Assembly: GCF_000143415.4 (NCBI RefSeq)
Contig: NW_003314656.1
Coordinates: 1 to 8,618 of the forward strand
Length of the DNA: 8,618 nt
Source: Selaginella moellendorffii
Taxonomy: Eukaryota > Plantae > Lycopodiophyta
Direction of reading: 5' to 3'
Position numbers and translations under genes: made by a program. The notes below the pieces were generated by a model. The model was given only the letters and a program-made list of their open reading frames with translations, was not told where the DNA came from and made no database searches. Below are positions 1 through 7,680 of this stretch, piece by piece (the first letter of the stretch is position 1; each line of letters begins with the position of its first letter).

Positions 1-288
1 CATCTTTTAGCTCCACTTTCTGTGGGAGATGGTTTTGTTTCAATGGAGGTTGATGTTACTGCTACTCAGGTTTAAGGACAAGGGTGAGGATGTGGTCATA
101 GTTGTGATATTCGCTACTGAGCATGTAATGAAGTTGGTCACACTTATCAGTATTGTCAGTGTTTTCCAGATTGGTAGCTTCCATTTCTTGGGTGGAGACC
201 TTGGCATCAACAATGTCCTGTTGGTATTATTGCAGTGAAAGGTCTAAACATCAAGATGCATCCAGGAAATGAGGAGTCGTGCGAGTAA
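1..288 (+). pseudogene. gag: gag C-terminus with degenerate CCHC zinc knuckle
   Basis: Frame 1 reads SMEVD (PMEVD-like), then *GQG*GCGH (decayed RGRGRG), then Y*ACNEVGHTYQYC at 115-156 (CX2CX4HX4C, first Cys TGC>TAC). The likely native stop is TAA at 286-288. Confidence 0.85.
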
Positions 289-327
289 TGGAGGGACCTT
301 GCACGAATAAGTCAATGACCCCTTCAT
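262..327 (+). promoter_or_regulatory. Putative -1 programmed ribosomal frameshift signal (decayed slippery heptamer plus H-type pseudoknot)
   Basis: CCA GGA AAT in the gag frame (possible ancestral G GGA AAC), a 6-nt spacer, stem 1 at 277-285/298-306 and stem 2 at 288-295/320-327. The protease is in the -1 frame. Confidence 0.7.
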
Positions 328-371
328 CTTTCTTTTAGAAATATCATCAAAAGGTTCATTCGGCATCAGTT

Positions 372-680
372 CATCCAGTGTTTGCTTTCCAAGCTTGTTT
401 TTATAACAAAAGGTCTTTTATTATTCTCTCTGTATCGATTCATACATGTTCAAGTTTATCTTCTATTGCTTGACTTGTTGCTATATGTTACCACCTACAT
501 TTGCATCATGCGGCAAAGTCAGTTTTCATTCTTTATGGCAACAGCCATACATATGCATATGCACGGGATGAAGTGAACCTAGTTGTGTATATAGGTGATC
601 TTGAACTTGGACTGCAGTCATTGCCAATGGTGCCGAGTTAAGCTTTTGACCTCATCCTTAGTATGGGTGCAATCATGTTA
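372..680 (+). pseudogene. pol: Retropepsin-type aspartic protease remnant
   Basis: Frame 3 reads SVSIHTCSSLSSI (degenerate IDTGSS; codons 438-449) and later FDLILSMG (degenerate DLILGMD). Confidence 0.75.
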
Positions 681-857
681 AATATGACTTTGAGGCTTCT
701 TCCCCTTGTCTCATACTTCCTTATATTTTATTTATTCCTTTCACTTCGAAACATGTTTGTCCCTTTGCTTCTACTTCTACTTTCATTACTTTTGTCTCCC
801 CATTATTTCCTTTTATGTTTCCGTTTTTATCTACTTTTTCCTTTTTCAATCCCTCGG

Positions 858-1835
858 TTGACAAGCTCATGAAGGAGTATGCCAATCTCTTTGAGTTTCA
901 CCTATCGTCTGGGGCCAAGATTGCTATATGTCATCTGATTCCAACCAGGGATACTCATCCCATCAAAGTTTCTGTTTATCATCAATCACCCAAAGAGATC
1001 AAGATTTTACATGCAAACATCAAAGAGATGATGGAAAAGGGTGTTATTCAAAAGTCACGGAGTCCTTAGGCATATGAACCTCATCTTGTGACGAAGCCTA
1101 ATGTGAGTATTCATGTCTACATCGATTATCATTCGTTAAACAAAATGACAATCTTAGATGTGTATCCTTTTACTCACCTGTTGATTTCTTAGATCATCTA
1201 AAAAGAAGTTGTTAGTTCACTAAGTTAGATTTTGCTTCTGGGTACTGGCAAATACTAATGGGCGAAAAAGATATTCCTAAGAATACTTTTTATATACCAT
1301 TTAGTTTGTATGAGGTTTTGGTGATTCTGTTTGGTTTGAACAATGCTTTAGCATTTTTCCAACAAATGATGGATGGGGTTCTTTGTGATATGCTAGAGGT
1401 GATTACTAACTTCATTAGTGATGTTTTGATCCACTCGAAGGGGATGTGGGAGGAATATATGTTTGTAAAGTGTTAAATCAATTATGGGAAGTTGGTTTAA
1501 AGTTGAAGTGGTCGAAATGTGTATTTGACTCTAATGACACGACTTATCTTGAGTACCGTATTTTTCATGAGGGTTTGCAAGTTAATCCTAACAAGCTTGT
1601 GGCTATTTTAATGTTCCCTACTCCAAAGTGTGTAAATGATATGTAGTGCTTCCGAGGTAAAGTGTAGTATCTCAGTTATTTTGGGGATCATCTTTTTTAT
1701 CACATTGCACTGTTGCAAGTGCTGTCGAAGTCATCAACATCATCTTTTATCTAGTCTGTGGATTGTGAGTAGGCATTCATGGATTTCAAAAAGCTATTGA
1801 CGACTCTTCCGGTTTTGGCGTATCCTAACTACACT
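858..1835 (+). pseudogene. pol: Reverse transcriptase remnant (with thumb/connection region)
   Basis: Motifs GVIQKSRSP*A, IDYHSLNKMT..DVYP, FTKLDFASGYWQI, FGLNNALAFFQ, FISDVLI (decayed Y/FxDD at 1411-1422), GLKLKWSKC and PVLAYP; several stops and frameshifts. Confidence 0.95.
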
Positions 1836-1839
1836 CGAC

Positions 1840-2190
1840 CTTTCATTTTGCACATAAATGCTTCTGATATTGGTCTTGGAGGTGTATTGATACAAAAGAG
1901 CCTGAGTGTGTCTGGTTAGTGACATCCCATTGCATATATAAGCCGTATATTACAACCAGCAGAAGAAAACTACTTCATGACAGAGAAAGAATATTTAGTA
2001 ACAATCTGGGGTTTTGAAAAATTTCATGCATATCTACATGGTTCTTGGACATTACTAAAAGGTGATTATGCTACTATTACTTCATTATTGAAATGAAAAA
2101 ACCTGATTGGTCATATTGCTCGGTAGGCTTTAAAGCTTTAGATATATAATTTTAATAATGTTCATCACCCAGGGAGTTGCCTTTTCTCGA
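1840..2190 (+). pseudogene. pol: RNase H remnant
   Basis: Motifs FILHINASDIGLGGVLIQ, HPIAYISRILQPAEENY..TEKE, FHAYLHG and IAR*ALKL*IYNF. Confidence 0.93.
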
Positions 2191-2519
2191 GCTCCTCTTC
2201 CTTATTTGCCCTTTTTTCATGTTTCTAACGAGTGTGTTGTTCTAGCATCTATGGATTTTCAAGACAAGGATTCTGTGTTGTTAGCAGTTGTTGTATTTAA
2301 TGTTCAATGTCCACAAGGTGTAAAACAGAATTTACCTTCTCTTGATGAGGTTTGTGAAGCTCAAAAGATTGAGTCATGGATTTGAAGGCTTCGTAATGGG
2401 TTTAAAAATTCTACATCACTTGCTAATGACTTCCCTTTCCGGCATTTACTTTTTTAATATTACTTTGGATACAACCTTCTTTATTTTATGGGTACGAATC
2501 CTTATGATCATTTATAGTT

Positions 2520-3695
2520 GGTAGTGCCTTCAATCTTTATTTCATGGTTCCTCCATGCCTACCATAATTCTCCTATTCTAGGCGGGTATATGGGACATCG
2601 TCATGTGACCAAAAAGCTATGTAAGTGTTTTTATTAGCCCGAGATGCAACGTGATTTTATTCAATATGTGCATAGTTGTGTTTGGTGCTAATCTCATAAT
2701 ACTACCCTTTGTGCTGCAAAAGGATAGTTGGAGTCAATTGCAGTTTCCCATCCTTTTGAGTTTGTGGCATTTAATCTTATGGGACTTTTTCCATGATTGA
2801 CTGCTCGTAATGAGTATGTTATTATTACTTTTGACTGCTTAACTTGTTGGGTGGAAGTTGGTGCTCTTCCTAGCGCCTCTGTAACTACTGTTGGATACTT
2901 CCTCCTCAATCAAGTGGTGTTCCAACATTTTTTTCTAGAGCAGATTTTTTCGGATAATGGTTCCACATTTATCGCTGAGGCATTTCATGTTTTGACGTCT
3001 CAGTTAGGGATACGCCATACATTCACAAGTGCTTATCATCCACAGTCAGACGATTTGATAGAACAACTCATTTAGACATTCAAAGGGATGATCATAAAGC
3101 ATGTGAATTTTTAGCATTTGGATTGCGATAGTTATTTACTGTCTCTCCGGTATGCAAATGTCACAGGGGTGTAGAGTTTTGTTGGTGCTTCACTATATAA
3201 ACTCTTATATGGTCATGATCCAATATTACTAATAGAGTTAGATTTACTTTTGTGATTGCCACAACCTGCCAATGCTAGGTTGTAGGATTAATATTTGACG
3301 GGAATTCTTCCACTTATCCAAGCAGAGTTTGCAAAAATCTAGGCCACGTACAAGTGGGACAACAATAACACTACAACACCCATCATTATCCATCTACGGA
3401 GTACAAAGTGGATGAATTAGTGTTAGTTTGTTTTCCCCATCTTATGGTATGTGGTTTATCTAAGGGGCTCTTTGTTCAGTAGAAAGGACTATATCATGTG
3501 TTGCAGCAAGCTGGACCATAAGTTTATGAGGTTTAGCATGACGTCAAACAAGTTAATCCTCCAGAAATTGTGCATGTACAGCGGTTGAAACGCTTTGTAC
3601 AAAGGGATCAGGAACATCTAGTACCATTTATAGATCCACCAATTTCTCCTCCTAATTTTCTTCTAGATCCTTGCCCATCTACGAGGGAACTCTAG
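2520..3695 (+). pseudogene. pol: Integrase remnant (HHCC, DDE core, GPY/F module; no chromodomain)
   Basis: Motifs YHNSPILGGYMG..FY*PEM..YVHSCVWC, FNLMGLFP, IFSDNGSTF, SAYHPQSDDLIE, KGLYHV (GPY-like) and VHVQRLKRF, then a short Pro-rich tail to TAG at 3693-3695. Confidence 0.94.
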
Positions 3696-3712
3696 TGGTC
3701 TTCCATTATTTC

Positions 3713-3727
3713 GAGAGGAGGGGATGA
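3713..3727 (+). promoter_or_regulatory. Polypurine tract (PPT)
   Basis: GAGAGGAGGGGATGA lies just after integrase and directly before TGTGAGG. Confidence 0.85.
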
Positions 3728-3840
3728 TGTGAGGTCCAAGTGTACAACTATGATGCCATATATTAATATTGGTGTAGTTGGATTTTAGTAGTTGTCAGAT
3801 TGGTTTCAATCTGGACCACTCACTCCTATATATAAGCTAA
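3728..3840 (+). repeat. Start of the 3' LTR of element 1
   Basis: Begins TG right after the PPT; TATA-like TATATATAAG at 3827-3836; truncated by the N-run. Confidence 0.75.
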
Positions 3841-4655
3841 NNNNNNNNNNNNNNNNNNNNNNNNNNNNNNNNNNNNNNNNNNNNNNNNNNNNNNNNNNNN
3901 NNNNNNNNNNNNNNNNNNNNNNNNNNNNNNNNNNNNNNNNNNNNNNNNNNNNNNNNNNNNNNNNNNNNNNNNNNNNNNNNNNNNNNNNNNNNNNNNNNNN
4001 NNNNNNNNNNNNNNNNNNNNNNNNNNNNNNNNNNNNNNNNNNNNNNNNNNNNNNNNNNNNNNNNNNNNNNNNNNNNNNNNNNNNNNNNNNNNNNNNNNNN
4101 NNNNNNNNNNNNNNNNNNNNNNNNNNNNNNNNNNNNNNNNNNNNNNNNNNNNNNNNNNNNNNNNNNNNNNNNNNNNNNNNNNNNNNNNNNNNNNNNNNNN
4201 NNNTAATCTAGTAAATAAGGAAGAATACAGTAACTTAAAAATTAATGTTTCTTACATCATTATTTATTATATAGTTAGCAATATAATAATAATATTAAAT
4301 AAATTTTCTCTAAATTATAAATAAATTATAAGAAAATATGTCTCTGATATATTGTTTTTTAATTATAGTTAATCACTTGGATCCCTTGGAAATGATGAAC
4401 TTGAAAAGATTACACAATAGCTAGTGCAAAATTAGTTTTATAATCTTGTAGTAGAATAACTAATAGAGCAACAATAGTATGCATAGCATTTTTAGTTTAC
4501 TTTAGAAAATATAGTGTAAAGCATATACCTAAAATATTTAATATATAATAAAATATTCCTTATTCTAAGGGTTATAATTTCTTGCTGTTAAACTTTTCTA
4601 TAATTCATTTTTATCAATATTTAATTCTAATATTCTTGGGGGATGAGAAGGGGGG

Positions 4656-5012
4656 TCTAGCTTCCTATTGGGTGTGTCTATCTTTATTTTACATTTGGCT
4701 TAGGTCTAAGCTTAAGATCCATACCATGTTAGCTAGTGGAGTATTTATATCCTCGGGCTAGACCATTAATATGTTGAAATAATGCTTTAGCTTTGTTTTA
4801 CATGTTTGTTTTAATGTTGGAATGTTAAAATTTTTAAGACTATTTTAGTGTTGTTTTGTGCTCCTGTTTCATCACTCCTTAGTTGCATATTCAAGAGTTG
4901 TTCCATACTTTTATTTCTTTGTTCATTAGACATATTCTTAGGAGTTTGATTCTATCATTTTGTTTAGTGGCCTAAGGCCCTAAAACTTAGGTGTTGCCCT
5001 TAGCACACATAT
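4656..5012. repeat. Dispersed direct repeat, copy A
   Basis: Aligns by eye with 5563-5852, e.g. TTTGTTTAGTGGCC(T)AAGGCCCTAAAACTTAGGTG, CTTTGTTCATTAG, TTGGAATG, TTAGCACA; carries about 70 extra bases near 4831-4905. Confidence 0.88.
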
Positions 5013-5067
5013 CTCAAAAGTTAGGTCTATTCCATTGCTATCCTATAGTAATTAAAATGTGAAAATC

Positions 5068-5136
5068 ATGATTTTGTCTTAAGCATATGCTAGAAGATAA
5101 AGATGATTTTATCTTGAAGCATATGCTAAAAGATAA
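5068..5136. repeat. Two-copy tandem repeat (35-bp period) of a palindromic unit
   Basis: ATGATTTTGTCTTAAGCATATGCTAGAAGATAA at 5068-5100 and ATGATTTTATCTTGAAGCATATGCTAAAAGATAA at 5103-5136; core palindrome AGCATATGCT. Confidence 0.9.
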
Positions 5137-5194
5137 CCATGCAAAGTAAAAGAGGATCCATGACAATCAAAAGGTGGTAATATACCCATACAAG

Positions 5195-5525
5195 CAATAA
5201 CTTGATAGATATAAAGGAATTCAAAGTGCTCAACCACATGTTGTGTGGCATCAGAATTAATAATAAGAGTAAAAAACAACTAATAGTTAATAAAGCACCA
5301 GCAACATGAGTATGATTGTGTTGAAAATCCTTAGTTAAAAATAAAATAGGAGAAGATGAGTCATCAATAGTAGTATATGTCTATTGTTGTTATCTATTAG
5401 AACTAGTAGCAATATAAGCTTCAGGGACTTGCCATGGATGAGGAATAACATGAGAAATTGAATAAGTATTATTTAGACGTTGACAAAAAAATTAGGAAAT
5501 ATGGCCAAAACGATTTTAAATATAT
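5195..5525 (-). pseudogene. Highly decayed Ty1/Copia gag(Zn knuckle)-protease relic
   Basis: Minus strand reads IINSDATQHVVEHFEFLYIYQ from 5264 downward (cf. Copia WIIDSGATQHM), with a weak knuckle remnant YI*NRFGHIS*FFC about 75 codons upstream. Confidence 0.6.
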
Positions 5526-5562
5526 AGTAAGGATGGGCATGGTTGACCAACCTGAAACATCA

Positions 5563-5852
5563 TCTAACTTCTTATTAGGCATGTTTATTTTTGTTTTACG
5601 TTTGGCTTAAGTTTAAGCCCAAACTTTGTACTATATTAGCTGGTGGAATATCTTTATGTTAGGCCACCATTATGCTAAAATAGTCCTTTAGCTCCATTTT
5701 ATGTGATAGTTTTGATATTGGAATGCTAAAAGCTCTATTCCTTATTCCTTTGTTCATTAGCTTTATATATACTCAAGAGTTTTGTTCATCCCTTTGTTTA
5801 GTGGCCAAGGCCCTAAAACTTAGGTGCCACTCTATTGCCATTAGCACATATA
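5563..5852. repeat. Dispersed direct repeat, copy B
   Basis: Diverged same-orientation copy of 4656-5012. Confidence 0.88.
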
Positions 5853-5871
5853 TAATTTGGATTTCTCATGA

Positions 5872-6041
5872 TGTCACTAACCCCAATACTATTTAAACTT
5901 AAGGAAATATTTTAAAACGCTTAACTGATTTAAAAAAAGAGGTTGCACTTTTATTTATCTCTTTATATTTGAACTCTATAGATCAATGTCTCAAATCATT
6001 CCTTTTGGTTGTTTATAATTCATTATGTTTCTATATACAGT
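5872..6041 (-). repeat. LTR-like fragment related to the LTR of element 2
   Basis: 5922-6000 matches 6301-6385 (TAACTGATT-A-run-GGTTGCACTTTT..TTATATTTGAAC..AATCA); possible ...GTGACA terminus at 5872 on the minus strand. Confidence 0.6.
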
Positions 6042-6141
6042 NNNNNNNNNNNNNNNNNNNNNNNNNNNNNNNNNNNNNNNNNNNNNNNNNNNNNNNNNNN
6101 NNNNNNNNNNNNNNNNNNNNNNNNNNNNNNNNNNNNNNNNN

Positions 6142-6557
6142 AATCTCAACACATGATATGATTCCTCTAGCTAACTAAACGTCAAACCCGAGACCTTTTT
6201 AATACCAAATATAAGCTCCTAAATTTAAATTTTTTGGGAGGTCACCCAATTTAGTTTATTCAAACCCAAGAACACTTAACCCCAAGTATTCCAAGACCTC
6301 TAACTGATTAAAAAAAAGGTTGCACTTTTATTTATAGGCCTTTCCCCTTATATTTGAACCTCATATATCATCTCTCGAATCAATTAGAAACTAACACACG
6401 AATCAATTAGCAACTAATTTGAGACCTTCAATCCCCAAGAAGGCTCATGCAAGTGGTCGTGAGTAAGGATAAACTTGATATTACTAGAATACTCCAAGTC
6501 GTGAGAAAATAAATGTACATTGGTGATAAGCTGGAATACAATAGAGAAGTGCTAACT
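6142..6557 (-). repeat. Putative 3' LTR of element 2
   Basis: Follows the PPT and starts AGTTAG (one change from TGTTAG); TATAAATA at 6336-6329; AATAAA downstream; internal 19-bp duplication at 6376-6394/6399-6417. The distal end is not defined. Confidence 0.62.
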
Positions 6558-7160
6558 TTCCCCCTTAACTACTCTTACATGGTGCAACTACCATTTCTTC
6601 ATGAGTCATGACTGTCAATTACGGAGCTCTACACTTTCTTTAAAGAGCTGGTCATTGATGCATTGTGTTTCCACATATACTGTCCTCTAAAAGGACATAT
6701 CTTTAGAGTTAGGATTTTGCTCTTTGCAATAGAGTGTTAAGTTTGAGTCCCTATGGTAACTTTCTTGAGCTTTTTCTTTGTTGGTGTGGTAGTCTTGGAG
6801 AAGCTTGCTTTGTGTTGGTGTTTGGCATGTTTATTGATGAGTCTTAAAAGATTCATTAGTCTCTAAGTCTTGTTTTTGGCGAAAGTTCTTCAAGTTGTTA
6901 TTTTTCTTCATGTTATTTACTTGAGCTTGATTTTTCTTGGATTTTTGAATTTGAGCTTTATGTTTTTTTATTGTCTTAAGTTTTTGAGCTTGAACTTTGT
7001 AAATCTTAAATATGTTGAAATCTTGAGTTTGAGTTTTCATAGTCTTGATCTCTTGATCTTCATGCCTGTAGTTCTTCTTGATGTTTCATTCTCGATCTTT
7101 AAAATTATAAACCTTTATTTCTTTCAATGTCGTTTTTGATGATGTTTGAGTCGTATGATT
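6552..7160 (-). pseudogene. Decayed K/Q/N-rich reading frame following integrase (unknown function)
   Basis: The frame of ORF 6831-7040 extends over 203 codons with only 3 stops in the first ~180 codons (6 internal stops in total) and ends KGES* across the PPT. Confidence 0.45.
6556..6566 (-). promoter_or_regulatory. Polypurine tract (PPT) of element 2
   Basis: Minus strand AAGGGGGAAAG, downstream of pol. Confidence 0.7.
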
Positions 7161-7292
7161 AATATTTCTTGAGCTTATTAAGGTTGACAGTTTGGAGATG
7201 CTTGCCATCGAATGTTACAATTGTTGCCATTCCTGGAGCTTTAAATTTTTGGATGAGGAATGGTCCTTCCCATCTTGATTCACTCTCAAGCC
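7159..7292 (-). pseudogene. pol: Integrase C-terminal GPF module
   Basis: Reads ESRWEGPFLIQKFKAPGMATIVTFDGKHLQTVNLNKLKKY*. Confidence 0.85.
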
Positions 7293-7680
7293 NNNNNNNN
7301 NNNNNNNNNNNNNNNNNNNNNNNNNNNNNNNNNNNNNNNNNNNNNNNNNNNNNNNNNNNNNNNNNNNNNNNNNNNNNNNNNNNNNNNNNNNNNNNNNNNN
7401 NNNNNNNNNNNNNNNNNNNNNNNNNNNNNNNNNNNNNNNNNNNNNNNNNNNNNNNNNNNNNNNNNNNNNNNNNNNNNNNNNNNNNNNNNNNNNNNNNNNN
7501 NNNNNNNNNNNNNNNNNNNNNNNNNNNNNNNNNNNNNNNNNNNNNNNNNNNNNNNNNNNNNNNNNNNNNNNNNNNNNNNNNNNNNNNNNNNNNNNNNNNN
7601 NNNNNNNNNNNNNNNNNNNNNNNNNNNNNNNNNNNNNNNNNNNNNNNNNNNNNNNNNNNNNNNNNNNNNNNNNNNNNNNN

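Larger units (their letters stand above)
1..3840 (+). mobile_element. Degenerate Ty3/Gypsy LTR retrotransposon (non-chromovirus); 5' part lies outside the window and the 3' LTR runs into an N gap
   Basis: Domain order gag(Zn knuckle)-PR-RT-RH-IN-PPT-LTR reconstructed across many stops and frameshifts; integrase after RNase H is the Gypsy order. Confidence 0.96.

Noticed and set aside
29-872. Hydrophobic ORFs 29-238, 382-576 and 663-872 as membrane proteins
   Set aside because: They are off-frame or frameshifted readings of T-rich gag/protease/linker sequence; the recognisable motifs lie in other frames or only at the ORF start.
2694-2909. Minus-strand 71-aa ORF
   Set aside because: Antisense to the integrase core, with no independent support.
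3600-3712. Chromodomain at the integrase C-terminus
   Set aside because: The tail is too short and has no chromodomain motifs.
5068-5136. CRISPR-like array
   Set aside because: Only two units, no spacer, no cas genes, and a eukaryotic TE context.
6870-7139. Hydrophobic + strand ORF as an env-like gene
   Set aside because: It is the antisense shadow of an A-rich minus-strand region; the hydrophobicity follows from T-richness.
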